NCBI RefSeq assembly: GCF_001194135.2
Contig: NC_068989.1
Location: forward strand, 56,861,133 to 56,925,132
Length of the DNA: 64,000 bases
Direction of reading: 5' to 3'
Source: Octopus bimaculoides
Lineage: Eukaryota
Every line of letters begins with the position of its first letter. Position 1 is the stretch's first letter. A program made the translations under genes and the position numbers. Of the stretch, positions 1-13,427 are shown one piece after another. The notes beneath the pieces were generated by a model. The model made no database searches. It was not told the DNA's origin and worked only from the letters and a program-made list of their open reading frames with translations.

Positions 1-1
1 A

Positions 2-490
2 CTCTCCCATGAAAAGGAGAGAGCAGAGAAGGAGAAGAGAGCAGTAGAAAGCATAAAAACAAACCCCAAGGCTTTCTATAGATTTGCAAAGGAGACTGCT
101 ACGGTACAGTATAAGATAGGACCCCTATTCCTGCCTAATGGCTCACTGACTCCAGATCCCACACGGATAAGTGAAATGCTCAGTGCACAATTCAAGAGTG
201 TCTTCACTTCTCCTCTGAGTCACATGCAGATAAAGAACCCAGCTGATTTCTTTGACAATAGAACTCAGCAGAAAAAGACTGCATCCATTACCTACATTGA
301 CATTGAAGAGGAAGATGTAATAGCTGCCATAAACGAAATGAGCTTAAATTCGGCAACTGGCCCTGATGGTTTCCCAGATGTCCTCTTAAAGTCGTGTAAA
401 CAAGAATTAGCAGGACCACTCCGGATACTCTTCCAGAGTTTCCTTGCAAATGGTAAACTTCCCAAAAAGCTGAAGGAAGGCACCATATGA
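2..490 (+). mobile_element. Non-LTR retrotransposon ORF2 fragment, region just upstream of the RT domain (CR1/L2/Jockey-type); runs into a gap
   Basis: Frame open from base 2: ...IKTNPKAFYRFAK...IGPL...ISEMLSAQFKSVFT...INEMSLNSATGPDGFPDVLLKSCKQELAGPLRILFQSFLANGKLP. The GPDG and 'QF.SVFT' motifs are typical of LINE ORF2. Confidence 0.85.
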
Positions 491-1255
491 NNNNNNNNNN
501 NNNNNNNNNNNNNNNNNNNNNNNNNNNNNNNNNNNNNNNNNNNNNNNNNNNNNNNNNNNNNNNNNNNNNNNNNNNNNNNNNNNNNNNNNNNNNNNNNNNN
601 NNNNNNNNNNNNNNNNNNNNNNNNNNNNNNNNNNNNNNNNNNNNNNNNNNNNNNNNNNNNNNNNNNNNNNNNNNNNNNNNNNNNNNNNNNNNNNNNNNNN
701 NNNNNNNNNNNNNNNNNNNNNNNNNNNNNNNNNNNNNNNNNNNNNNNNNNNNNNNNNNNNNNNNNNNNNNNNNNNNNNNNNNNNNNNNNNNNNNNNNNNN
801 NNNNNNNNNNNNNNNNNNNNNNNNNNNNNNNNNNNNNNNNNNNNNNNNNNNNNNNNNNNNNNNNNNNNNNNNNNNNNNNNNNNNNNNNNNNNNNNNNNNN
901 NNNNNNNNNNNNNNNNNNNNNNNNNNNNNNNNNNNNNNNNNNNNNNNNNNNNNNNNNNNNNNNNNNNNNNNNNNNNNNNNNNNNNNNNNNNNNNNNNNNN
1001 NNNNNNNNNNNNNNNNNNNNNNNNNNNNNNNNNNNNNNNNNNNNNNNNNNNNNNNNNNNNNNNNNNNNNNNNNNNNNNNNNNNNNNNNNNNNNNNNNNNN
1101 NNNNNNNNNNNNNNNNNNNNNNNNNNNNNNNNNNNNNNNNNNNNNNNNNNNNNNNNNNNNNNNNNNNNNNNNNNNNNNNNNNNNNNNNNNNNNNNNNNNN
1201 NNNNNNNNNNNNNNNNNNNNNNNNNNNNNNNNNNNNNNNNNNNNNNNNNNNNNNN
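491..1255. other. Assembly gap. Other gaps: 12250-12326, 22656-22984, 27149-27176, 30616-30845, 31686-32375, 58822-59398
   Basis: Runs of N, most flanked by simple repeats. Confidence 1.
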
Positions 1256-1284
1256 ATATATATACATATACATACATACATACA

Positions 1285-1327
<43 letters not shown>

Positions 1328-1339
1328 CAAAAAAACAAT

Positions 1340-1412
1340 AACAAAAAAACAAAAAAACAACAAAGTGAGGACGTGATATGGATAGTATTATTGGACGCTC
1401 AGGAAAGGAAAG

Positions 1413-1420
<8 letters not shown>
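1340..1420. repeat. Short interspersed repeat beside (TA)n and a gap, possibly a Penelope-like terminal fragment
   Basis: aacaacaaagtgaggacgtg...tattattggacgctcaggaaaggaaag resembles a repeat I recall from octopus sequence; class not provable here. Confidence 0.3.
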
Positions 1421-1444
<24 letters not shown>

Positions 1445-2899
1445 TTAGGATAGAATCGCTAAGAGAATCATCAGAGACAATTTCCTGCTTGGCAGACAAT
1501 CAACCGATGAAAGATTATTCATGAGAAAGCAAAAAGAGAGGAAGACAACGATGTAAAGAACATAATACACACGCATACACGAGCGCGCGCACACACACAC
1601 ACGCACACACGTGTGTATATATACATATATATTTATACATGATATTGGAAGTGGAAGTGGTAGGCCAATACATACACACACATCCGTGAATATTTTTATA
1701 TAAGTATGTATATAAACAGCAAAATTTATAGTGGCCTGGTAGCTGGTAAGGACAATGTGTGACTCGATAGGAACTACATTGACGAGATAGATTATTAGCT
1801 AGATACATTGATAGATAAATACATGGATAGAAAGATAGATCGATCTCTAGGAAAAATGTACTGTTACATTCAAGCACATGTCCCAAACAGTGCACCGTGA
1901 GATATAACTGTGTACGCCGCGAAAATAATATAATTATTGTTGAAAAATGGAGAAAAATACAAACTGAAATCCTTGATGTTTATACTTCAATATTTGAATA
2001 AAGAAGTTCTTGATAATTGTATTTAATTCAAATTATTTGTGCAAATGCTTTTGAATTTATAAATGAAGTGCACCAAATAATTTTTATTTGGTCTAAAGTG
2101 TACTACGAGAGAAAAAATAATGAAGAACTACTGCTGCATTGGTTTGGTAACCACGGCATAGACATTTAGGAATCATTGAAGTAAAAGATAAACAGAAAAT
2201 GCAATATTGCATTATTGGTCAGGAAGTGGAATTTGAAGATGGAGAAATTAGAATGATTAGTGGAAGAATCAATGGTCTACGGAAGAAAATAGGTTGAAAA
2301 CGGAAAGAGAAACGTTTCATGAAACTCAGAAGAAACTTAAGCAGTACAAAAATAAAACACTACAGAAAGAAGATATTTTGTAGGCAAGTTGAAAAAGTTA
2401 TGGCTGATTAAACTCTAACTAAAAAAAAAAAAAACAACACAACAACCAAAGGTATGAAAAATATGGAGAGAAATTGAAGTGGCATTAGAATTGCTTAGAA
2501 TATACATAGAAAAATGGAGTAACAATTTATTTTCATGGAAATAGTTTTTTGGAATGATTATGTTAAACAGTAGAGTAATATATTGATATATTGCTTTACG
2601 CTTTCTATGTTGTTTTCAGAAATAAATTCTTCCATCTTTAATGAAATATCTCACTTTATAAAATTTTTATTACGTTGGAGGTTATGTCATGCTGATCATT
2701 TCTAAAAATGATGAAAAGGGGATATATATGATTATTAACGACTAGAAAGTATTAATTAAACAAAAAGAATATTTCCTGATATCACCCATGATGTCAACTA
2801 TGTATATCTATTTTAAGTTACCTGCCATATGATGAGTAACAACCTAGTATCGATAATAAGGTATACAACTGACAATATCTTGATACTAATTGTACCGAC

Positions 2900-3085
2900 A
2901 ATAACCATTTTAGACCGAAGAAGGAGCCTCTATGTAGTTTGTTAACTCGCCAGAAATAGCAGCCAAATCTTCCTCAATACACACCAAGCCTTATTTGATG
3001 AAAGATCGTACTATACGTTATAGTCTGACATACCGCAAAAATACAAAAGGTTATGATTGGAATGACCTAGGGCTAAACAAAAACA
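2900..3085 (-). mobile_element. Interspersed repeat family E. Other copies about 7885-8085 +, 20200-20280 +, 23515-23600 +, 25260-25455 +, 42760-42900 +, 48900-49110 -
   Basis: Shared core gatttgagg(g)agatttgg(c)tgctatttctag...gacca..tagag and tgttgtttagccc seen in several places. Confidence 0.6.
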
Positions 3086-3199
3086 AAAGCATCAACGCAG
3101 TGGTATTATAATTTTGAATTCCAGCATGGATTCGTTTAATTGATCATTTAATGCAGTCCTTCTATTTGAATCATTTCCCCCCTTACTTTGTCCGATCTT

Positions 3200-3385
3200 G
3201 AAAACTGGTGTTGGCTTGTTTACGTCCAAGTAACCTAGCGGTTCGGCAAAAGAGTTGATAGAATACGAACCTGACTTAAACAAGTAGTGAGGTTGATTTG
3301 TTCGACTAAACCAGTCAAGGCCGTGTTCCAGCATGGCCGCAGTCCAATGACTGAAGCAGTAAAAGATTAAGTAAAAGATAAGGGT
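3200..3385 (+). mobile_element. SINE 3' module, family C
   Basis: gtttacgtcc..gtaac.tagcggttcggcaaaagag...ccagcatggccgcagtc.aatgactgaa; homologous to 23040-23230, 58575-58785 (-) and 61335-61531. Confidence 0.75.
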
Positions 3386-3753
3386 AGTCTATTCCACCGT
3401 AAGATGGAATAGATTTATCTTATGGTATGTTTTTCTGGCGATCACTTGTCGGCGGATGACAGGAACAATAAAATGCTGGTATTTAGTTACATCCCTTTAT
3501 CAATTAAAATCTCATGCTCTTTCTATTTTTCTCTAAATCTTATCAGAGTTGATGAAATATCGACAGAACACAGCCACATATAATGCAGTCAACCCATTTA
3601 AACATCCTACTCTATTAATTTGATGGTTTTGCGGTCAAGTTCCCCCTCTCTTCTTCCACTGAATTTACTCGGTGAATATATGTAAAGAAGAAATTAATTA
3701 CAAAGTGTTGCTGATGCTTTCATGGATTAATTGGGTTTCTCTATAGGATCTAT

Positions 3754-4165
3754 CTAGTAATTAGCTAAACGCAGTTGTGAACTATCGTCGTTGTAAATCT
3801 TAATGAAATGTATCACCGGATAACTGTGCATGTAAAGAAACTTCGATTTGTAAATGGGTGAAGGATAAGACGACAGTTCGTTCATGAATTTCCAGAACTC
3901 GTCATTAGAAACTAGGTTTGGCAGTTCGAGTTCCATTAACTTTGGTCCACTTATTGAAGGAAATTTGAAAGAGTTGAATAGGTCTGGAGGATTATCTAGA
4001 AAATGTCTATTACAGTTTCACTTTTTTTTCGCTGCTTTCGCAGATGCCCAAGACTCTCTGTTGTCATCCAGTTCCATTATCATGAATTTGAACTGGGAGC
4101 TTGAGTCATAGTGAATCTTTCATTAGCTAATTGCACAACCATAGATTCTACTCCAATGGATGCGT
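3754..4165 (-). pseudogene. Decayed intronless ORF, possibly BTB-associated BACK-domain-like
   Basis: Minus frame: YDSSSQFKFMIMELDDNRESWASAKAAKKK*NCNRHFLDNPPDLFNSFKFPSISGPKLMELELPNLVSNDEFWKFM, one internal stop. Loosely like the BACK C-terminus (W...LL..IRFPLM...L). Confidence 0.25.
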
Positions 4166-4759
4166 CGCAATTACTCTATTAATAGAGCTTGGTGATCCTC
4201 ACTGTTGATCTTCTAGGATTCCTCCACTCGGCATCAGGGTAAGAAGCACTGTTGGCTCAGTTGAACTCTTCCGCAACATCTTCACTATCCGTCAAGCTGC
4301 AGTCCCATGACTTTACGATATCCTCAGTAGGGTGGCTTAACGGGTGCTATGCCTTGCCAAAAGGCAGCCCGTAACTATGCAAGGCACGGTTGTCACTCTG
4401 TGAGGTATTTTCAAAATGCCCGCATACCCACAATTATGTCACAGTAAAACAAGATGAATATATATAAATGAAACTATAAATTATATCAGTGATTCACAAA
4501 TTGAAAAAGTACCAAATTCGAACTCCCAAATATTAGTGAAATGTGTTGCTCCCTCTTACTCTTTATTTATGAGAAGCCAAACTTGTTTGCACTAATATAA
4601 TTTTTCTTCTTTATTTGAGACGTCATTAGGCATCTCACAAAACATGGCAATCTTATAAAAGAGAACCTGATCTCTGTCTGTCCATTCGTAACAACATTTG
4701 TGTAGAGAGAGGGAAGAATGGGAGGAAAAAAGTTGTTGAGAGAGAAATACAGTGAGAGA

Positions 4760-4797
<38 letters not shown>

Positions 4798-6769
4798 AAA
4801 AGAGAGGGAGGGAGAGAGAAGAGAGAATGTGAAAGATAGACAGATAAGTGTTGTAATCTTAGTAACTAGCACACTTTAATAAAAAACGCAGGAATTTCAA
4901 GTGCAAGTCTGTCAACGCAACACAAACTTCAAAAACGACTACATGTATGTATAATAATATAGGTTTTAGTGGTTGTGTGTGTGTGCATGTGTGTGTGTGT
5001 GTGTGTGTTTCTGTGTGTCTTTCAACATATATACAACGCAACACAGACTTTAAAAGCGACTTTCTCTTTGAACAATGTATGAAGGTACATGTATCATTAA
5101 CAAACATTTTTACCGGAAGCGTAGCGACGGATAACGACCTAGTTTTATTAATTTCAGTTATTTTATTAAACATGAGGGCAATGGTTTAGCAGCAACGGAG
5201 AGGCTTTGGAGAAAAAATTTTTACTTTGTTGAACCTCTTTACATTCTAAGTTCAAATCTCGCCAAGTTCATGTTTACTTTTCACCCGTCCGGGATCGATG
5301 ACATAAGGTATCAGTCAAGAACTGGGGTCAATGATATCGACAATCCCCGGCCCTTCAAAACTACTGCTGGTGTCTAAATTAGTAACCATTCTTTTATCAA
5401 ACGTAGCAGTTTTCCCCTCCCTATTTTCAACACTCCCCCAATACCCACAAAAAGGGCCTGTTGTCTCCCAGTGAGAAACACAGGATTATAATGAAAGCTG
5501 GAAGACGGTCGAGTTGACTGATTACCGGTATGATTAGTTTATATCCCGGGAATAAATTGCATACAAGACACGCGATCTGGAGGAAGGATATAGTTACGTA
5601 AATTGACTCAAGTCTTCACTGGTACTATATTTCATCGACCACACAAAATAAAAAAGCAAATTTGACCTATATCGATTTCTTTGAGTGATCGTAAATCTCC
5701 TCCCTCATGTATCAATGAAGTATGGGGAAGGATGCAACGAATGACATTGATGCCTTCACCACTGGTAATAGTGTTGTGTGCGATAGGGACTGAAACAAAA
5801 TGAAATAGATTCAGTTGTGGATTGAAACTGCATTGCGGTTTCTGGTTTCTCAGAGCTTAGTTATTACTCTATAGTGTTGATCGCTCGAAGCTGATAAAAT
5901 ATTGATTACTTGGAGAATGAATTATTGATACATTTCGTTATGTCACAGCATCCCACTGATGAGAATCATGTGAGAACACTCTAAGAGTTTTTAGTATTTT
6001 TTTGTATTCATTATTGAAGTTTAGAAATCAAAGGTATTTTATTACAAGTTTTCTTTGATGTAGAATCAATCAAATGGAAACATTCATGGAAGGGAATCAG
6101 AGTGAAAAGTAATTGAATTTTATCAAATATTTGTCAGTTGAAATGATCAAAGTTTTTAAATGACCAACTTTATTATGGTGAGATTTTATAATTGTCGTAT
6201 TTAAGTCTAATGAATGTTTATTATTAACAAAGACAGAGAAAATACATGCACGAAAGAAAGAGGAAAGAAAAACACTTTTCAAATATTAACAATGTGCTGT
6301 ATATTATGTATTAAACTTCCACACTGCATTATCATTTTTAATGGACAACAGACGGCTTTGGTGATGACGATTCAGTTGTTCAATCAACTGAATTACATGC
6401 TCCTTGAATTAATGAGTAAGTGATTGAATATTCACACAGGCATGTACTCTGTTAACAGGATAGTCTTCATGTAGAACCAACGGGATACAGTTGGACGGGA
6501 TACAGGATTCATGTAGAACCAACAGGATACAATGCTGTGCCTTTGGCTTACGAGTACAATCCATCCAATAGGCTTCCTCCCAGTTTCCGTCTGTTCAATT
6601 TCACTCGCAAGGCTTGTGTCTATTCGAGACGATGGGAAAAGACACTTCCTCTAAATGTCACACCGTGGAATCGTACTTAGGACCGCACGATTGATTACGA
6701 AGTGATCTTCTTAATAATTGAATCATCCTGCATTCTACCCTTTCTTTCACAATCTTTCTATGCATATTA

Positions 6770-6962
6770 CCACCCACCCATCCATTCATACACTCTGCCA
6801 TCCACTCATCCGTACATCCATTTGTCTATCCATCCCTTCCTCTTTCCATTCACCCATTCACTTCCACATCCATCCATCCATCCATCCATCCATCCACCCA
6901 TACAAACATACATCCATACACTTCAACCCATCCATCCATCCATCCATCCATCCATCCATCAG
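6770..6962. repeat. (CATC)n microsatellite, degenerate
   Basis: Runs of catccatccatc. Confidence 0.95.
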
Positions 6963-7020
6963 TATGTGTATGTATAAAGAGTACGGCTGTCACAGCGACT
7001 GCAATTAATATTTTGTACAC

Positions 7021-7225
7021 GTCGAGCTGGCAGAATCGTTAACACGACGGGCAAAATGTTTAGCGGCGTTTCGTCCGTCTTTACGTTCTGAGTTCAAATT
7101 CCGCCAAAGCTGAGTTTGCCATTCTTTTGGAGTCGATAAAATAAGTACCAGTTGAAAACTGGGGTTGATGAAATTGACTTAGTCCCTCCCCGAAATTGCC
7201 GGCCTTGTGCTAAATCTTGAAACTA
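7021..7225 (+). mobile_element. tRNA-headed SINE, family A. Other copies: 5175-5390 +, 8700-8920 + (decayed), 10025-10120 -, 13451-13635 +, 18073-18285 -, 20280-20890 + (three decayed), 24085-24260 +, 28760-28958 +, 29937-30140 +, 30165-30500 + (two partial), 41165-41345 +, 45432-45645 -, 47500-47715 +, 51770-51905 +
   Basis: Consensus ggcgagctggcagaatcgttagcacgccgg...ttacgttctgagttcaaattcc (B-box-like)...gtcgataaaataagtaccagttg...ggccttgtgccaaaatttgaaacc repeated across the window. Confidence 0.9.
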
Positions 7226-9871
7226 CCAGATCAGTTGAAACCAGGTCCTGACATTTTGAAAGCAATTGTTAGACAAGCACAGTGTACAGCAAAGTAACTA
7301 ACAGCATTCATGTAGCAAGAAAATTCGGAAAATCTCTTAACAGTCGACTACTTTAACCTTCTAAATCTCAATTAGCTACTAGTTCCAGTTGCTCGAAGCT
7401 ATAAGTTCTATCGTTGTTACCTGTTTGTTCTTCTGTTGATATTTTAACTCTGAACTTCTTGGAGCTTCTAACTGACAATCAACCCTGTACAATAATAGCC
7501 TAGAAGAAAATTTTATGGCAATATTCAACATGTAGCTTCGAAATGCTCATATAAATAGTATTCCTGACATAATTCGAGTGAAATCGATATGGTGTGATCT
7601 CTGTAACATCTGTTCTCGCAAACGTACGTTTAAGTGATTCTAAAGTAGATGCTGTTAAGAAGACCAAAAATGAGATAATCCTCTTATCAAGAATTATAAA
7701 TTATACGTAAAGAACAGAAATATTAAGAACAGCAGTAGGAACAACAGCAACAGGAGCAGCTGCAGCAGAAGTACAGCAGCAGGGACAGTAGTAACAGGAT
7801 CAGCAGCAGCAACAATAGTAGCAGCAGCAATGAAACATTCAAAAATCGATTGCATGTCGGTTGGAAAAGAATTTAAATTAAGAGAAATTACTGCTGTTGG
7901 TATCGTTGCTTAGCCTTAGGTTAGTGTTGATTGAGAAGACTTATGATAAAAAGCAATCACGTCATTACCATCCAGTCTTTTACGGAAATGTTGTAATCAG
8001 GAATGCATTATCCTTCCTTTTAAAGAATGTAGAATGTGATTTGAAGGAAATCTGGTCCCTATTTCTAGGATGACAAATGACCACTTAGAACAAGGACGGG
8101 GGAATCATTTTAATACTAGGGGAAAATAGCAAGCGCATAAGAAACTATGGGGCACATCTATGTTGAAAAAATAATAAATTTTAATTTTATAATTATATAT
8201 TTATACATTGTATATGAAATTACTGTTTTGATTTCAAGACAAAAAAAGTTTTGTTTCTCTGAAGGGTTTTTAGAGATTTCGTTAGTGGGCAGTTTCAGAT
8301 TTCATCTGCCAGTAAAGTGTTTCCTGTTACAGACTCAATGGTTCGATTAAGATCAGTAAAAGGGGGGTCAGTTGTATAAATTTGGTTTAAGTAATTTAGT
8401 AAAAGTTACACATCTATGAATTTATAAGTTCAGAAAGGTCATGAGTTGGTGTGGAACCGTGTCAGTGACCAGGTTGCTGTTACTGCGACGAAAACTTGGC
8501 ACAAAATCAAAAATGATTAAGTGCAGTTAACAATTTTTGAGTTTTTGAATGGCTGATATCTGTCTTCCATGCTGTAATTGCTTTATTTTCAGCATAGTTT
8601 CTGATCAAAACCCTTGCCAGACAAGTACATCTGCGAAATAAAAGAATCATATTTTTTTCAACACAAGTAGCTGTGTTTTCTAGGTTCTGCATATTTGCTC
8701 TTGGCAGAAGTGTTAGAGAATTAGACGAAATTCTTTGCAGTATTACTTCTGGTTTCTAACATTTTGAGTTCAAATTCCCTCAAGATCAATTTTATCTTGC
8801 ATCTATAGGAACAAATAAATAAAGTACCACTTCAGAGTGATAAATTAGCGGAATTATTAAAGCATCGGACGGCATATTGAAAATCTGTTTCAGCTCTTTG
8901 CATTCTGAGTTCAAATCCTGCTGTAACCTGTTTGAGTGGTAGACGTTATGTTTCACGAACACCTTTATATCATCAAAATCTGATCGCTGGGTGACTTAAC
9001 GGAATCCACTCAAGTATGTGGGCTATTACTTCACTTGAAAGATACCTTCCTCTTCCTCTCATCAGTCTAAGGAGACCTTCAAAATGGTCATGGGTATAAC
9101 CTCCTCTACTGACTAACCGATAAAAAGCTACAAAGTTTCCTTACTTCTGGTTTAGAGAGATATTTTCCTGAATATATACTTGTTATATGTTTGTATATCC
9201 TTTAGAAAACTCAAATACTGACTTTACCAAACTTTTCTGTAATAAAAATATATATCTATATCTTTTGACTAGAAACAAAATCGATATTTTTTGGACAAGG
9301 TATAGCTGATTGAATCGGCTCCAGTATATTATTTGTGGTTATCTTACGGAATCCGGTAATATGAAAGCTAAAGTGCTTCAATAGAGTTTTAAATTCAGAA
9401 CATAGTTGGAGTCGAAATATAGTACGGCATCTAGTTTGGTACCTACTTGTTTCAGCTAACTACTTAACTACATGATATAAATATTAGTTGATAAATAGAT
9501 TGCTTGATTGGCCGGTTGATAGACTGATTTTCAAATTATGCTGTTATCTGACATTTTTTGCATCTTGAATTGTTAATAGGTGAACGAAATATCATATAAA
9601 TCTCTAATGGATTAACGAAGCTGTGAACGTATGTTGATCATACAGATTTACACAGGTTCTGTATAAAAACTGCCTTATGCCAGTTAAGTAGGTACTGAGG
9701 AAGTCCGAATCTGATCTGAACTGATCTAATGTGATTTGAGCAGTTGTAATAATATAAATCTTGACATTTAGTTTGTGATCGACTGTCTATTGTGGCTGGA
9801 TAAATATTAAATGGAATTATATTGAGCGATTATCGGGTAAGTGGAGCGAGAATAATATCGTTTATGGGGAC

Positions 9872-9921
<50 letters not shown>

Positions 9922-9923
9922 AT

Positions 9924-9955
<32 letters not shown>

Positions 9956-10022
9956 AAGCAACAGCAGCAGCAGCACCACCACCACCACCACCACTAGCAC
10001 ACCAATAACAACAATAACAATA
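9872..10022. repeat. Compound trinucleotide microsatellite (CAT)n(CAA)n(CAG)n(CAC)n
   Basis: Read directly; abuts a SINE tail at about 10025. Confidence 0.95.
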
Positions 10023-11334
10023 ATGATTTCACATTTTGGCATAAGGCCAGCAATTGTGAGTGTATTACATCATTCCCCACTGTTCAACTGGTACTTTATT
10101 TGATGAAAGGCAAAGTCGACTATGGGCATAGGGTCTGATATTTTGAGAGGTGAGGGGGTTGTCGATTGCATCGACCCAAGTGCAATGAGAGAAAACAGCG
10201 CGTCTGTGAGTTCGATACTGTAGAGCAATGGTGACTGAGTTCTTGATTCTTACATCGCATCTGGGATTGTGATGTCATGTGGCCAAGTTATTAGGCTGTT
10301 CGGCTAATGATTATAAAAATGTGGATGCGCTTTGTGTCCTTGAGCAAGGCACTTTACTTCACGTTACTATAGTCTACTTAGTTGCGAGTGTAGCTTTATC
10401 TCTCTTTACAGTTGTATGTCCTGAATGTTTCGCAGGGTTAAAGAGTGGAAGAGCCAAAAGGGTGTCTATATGAACTCCCAATTACATAGGAACCTAAAGC
10501 ATCGTCCATTATACGGTAATACTCATTGTATCGTATTTAGAGTAAGCCAACCTGATGGAGACCTTCAGTTACCCTCAAGGCTGTACCTATTCGATGATCT
10601 GAGCATAGTTCTGGAAACTAACGAAAGCATTGTTAATTATAGATTGACCCCATAGCTTACTGTGGTTGTTATTTACATCTGCTCAAACTTAGCTGACCGT
10701 CGAATTCACTTATTCTAAGTGAGGAGTCGGCAAGCTTCTTGCACCATTGGTCCCCTTCTAGGAATCGTTGATAACTTACCCGCTTCCATTATGTAAATAT
10801 CTAAAATAAAATTTACAAATAATTAATAAAAACTTTCTTGATTTAAAAACAATTTTTTCCTTCTTTTGTGTCATTACCTTATTTTAATAAGAAATATTTA
10901 AAGAAATTTAATGAAAATACTCAACAATATTGTTAAAGAACAATAAAAATTTAGTCGTAACATTTAATATTTGGTGAGTACTAATTATTGCATTGTCAAT
11001 TGGCAGGAAATTAATTAGTTTTAACCATAACTCTAACATTGAGATTATTCTGTCGCTTGTAATATTTATTCATTTTGCTTTAAATTAATGAAACATCATC
11101 TTGCAGCTTTTAGATTTCGGTGATACGACTTTTATTTTTAGAATGATAATGTAGGGTCGGTGTGAGAAGCTGGATCTGGCTAGTTTGACCATAAAATAAG
11201 TAGAAAACTTGGGCCGGTTAAAACACTAAAGGGTTAAATAACCTCGTTTTTCTAGATTCAATTTGCTAATCTATATACAACCAAAACTGTGATTACTTAC
11301 TTGCTTGCTTGCTTGCGTGCTTGTCTGTAATTTA

Positions 11335-11660
11335 ATACAGCCAAACCAGCGTATAATGGAAAAATACTCTCAAAGTAAGGTATCCCTGAAATGTGAATAC
11401 AAACGAAATAAAACGAGTTTCACGTAAATCGGATTCACGAGATACGTAGTTGTTTTTTTTGGGGTTTGTTTGCACAAATTTAAGCAGTGAGACCTGGAGT
11501 TATTGCCCTTTACTGTGAACACACACCTTTATAAATAGCCAAACCGGCATATAATGGGAAAATACTCTGAAAGTAAGGTGCCATTGAAATGTGAATACAA
11601 ACGGAATAAAACAAGTTTCGCGTAAATAGGATCACGGGTTCCCGGGATACGTGTTTTTTT
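11335..11660. repeat. Direct duplication of about 125 bp with 198 bp period (11335-11460 and 11533-11660)
   Basis: agccaaacc.gc.tataatgg.aaaatactct.aaagtaaggt...tgaaatgtgaatacaaacg.aataaaac.agtttc.cgtaaat occurs twice. Confidence 0.9.
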
Positions 11661-12214
11661 CGGGAACCTTGAACTATTGGTGCCGAACGGGTCACGGATA
11701 GTCTAATAATTATTATCATTCAGTACCTTTAATGCTCAAATCGTTCCAAGTGTTTATCGACCCTTGGGAGAGCTACAAAAACTCTTCTCCGGGGTGGGAT
11801 GGGGCTCAATATTGAACCCCTCTGCCGACTTCTGATCTAAATGAAACAGAATTCTGTGTAAAACATAATTTTTACACTGTGAATATCATTCAAACCTCAC
11901 GTTCAGATACAACAACAGGAAAAGAAAAAAAAAGATACAAACAAACACTCTCTCATTCATTCCCTGTATATGTAACCTTTGATATTTATTCTGTTCTTAT
12001 TGTTCTGTTTTGACGTCACGATGTGTATGTTGAGTGTCAGGAGAGTCATGACTTTTATCACAGCTAACGCTGAACTTAAACTGTATTATAGAAACTTAAC
12101 GGACATACACAAGTTAATCTGGTCATTGCGTATAGTTTTGCTTTTGATCTGTGTCTCCAAGCAAAGCACTATCTTAGTAGCAGCAGCCGTATTATCATTA
12201 TAATCATAATCACT

Positions 12215-12338
12215 ATCCTCCTCCTCCTCCTCCTCCTCCTCCTCCTCCTNNNNNNNNNNNNNNNNNNNNNNNNNNNNNNNNNNNNNNNNNNNNNNNNNNN
12301 NNNNNNNNNNNNNNNNNNNNNNNNNNTCCTCCTCTTCC

Positions 12339-12374
<36 letters not shown>

Positions 12375-12400
12375 ACAACAACAACAACAACAACAACACA
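12215..12400. repeat. Compound (CCT)n / gap / (CAT)n(CAA)n microsatellite
   Basis: Read directly. Confidence 0.95.
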
Positions 12401-12519
12401 CGAAGTATAGTTATTGTACATTTTACTTCTGAGAGCTCCCGATTTCACTTTCACCGTCTAATTCTGTAAGAGCAGACAGCAACCAGTTGTCAAGGGTATC
12501 ACAAGGTACTATCAACATC

Positions 12520-13427
12520 ATTATTATTATTATTATTATTATCATAGATGTCGCACAGTATACAATATCGCGAGGTTGTTGATTGAAGATATTGTGTCTA
12601 CCGGGGGGGGGGGTTGTACTATTTGTCAAGTCACAACAAAGACCTCATACACACAGTACTTTACGCTATATGCGTGCAGTTCCAAGTAATGCCGACTTTT
12701 GCAATACATCTAGATTGTAGGATATCTCTAAGGTTTTCAGATGTTTTTTTCAGATTGGCTGGTATTGATGACAATAGGGATAACCTGTATGTTTGACTCT
12801 CGTAGCTGCCACATCTTAGCGATCTCAATTCTCAGGTCTCCATATTTATCAACCTTTTCTCATTTTTTCATGATGATATCTTGATCTTCTGGCACTGCTA
12901 CGTCGATTATTAGGTACTTTTGTTTGACCCTCCTAAAGGTTACTATATCCGGCCATTGGTGCTCGAACACTTTGTCTGACTGGAAATCAAAGTCCCAGAG
13001 GATTTTTGCCTTACCCTTTTTGTCCATTACATTTTCCGGTGTATGTTGGTACGAAGTACCCGTAACCTCATATCCGTACTTACGGCATAGTAGCCAGTGG
13101 AGGTTTTGGGCTACTTTGTCGTGTCTACGCTTGTACTCTTTCTGCGCAAGACTTTCACAAGCACTTACAATGTGAGTCACACTTTCGACCCTCTTCCCAC
13201 ACATTTTGCAGCGGTCCGATGCACTTGTGTGGTATATATTCTTTTTCACTGTGTTGGTATTCAATGCCTGGTCCTGGGCCGCGATGATTAGGCTTTCAGT
13301 ATTCTTTTTTATGTCACCCTTGTTGAGCCACTTCCATGATGCTTCCTGCTCTTTTAATTTGTTGGTTTCACGGTGGAACTGACCATGTAATTCCATGAGG
13401 AGAAGGGTGTCTTCTCTCTCGTTGACT
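12520..13427 (-). mobile_element. 5'-truncated R4/Dong-type non-LTR retrotransposon: CCHC knuckle, restriction-like endonuclease, (TAA)n tail
   Basis: LHGQF...TESLIIAAQDQAL...CKMCGKRVESVTHIVSAC...RRHD...KILWDF...PDIV...LIIDVAVP...KY.DL; plus-strand (ATT)n at 12520-12542 is the tail. Confidence 0.9.

Noticed and set aside
288-1499. Long ORFs through N runs (also 22418-23314, 30439-30912, 31603-32446, 58686-59642)
   Set aside because: Artefacts of translating gaps and flanking (TA)n.
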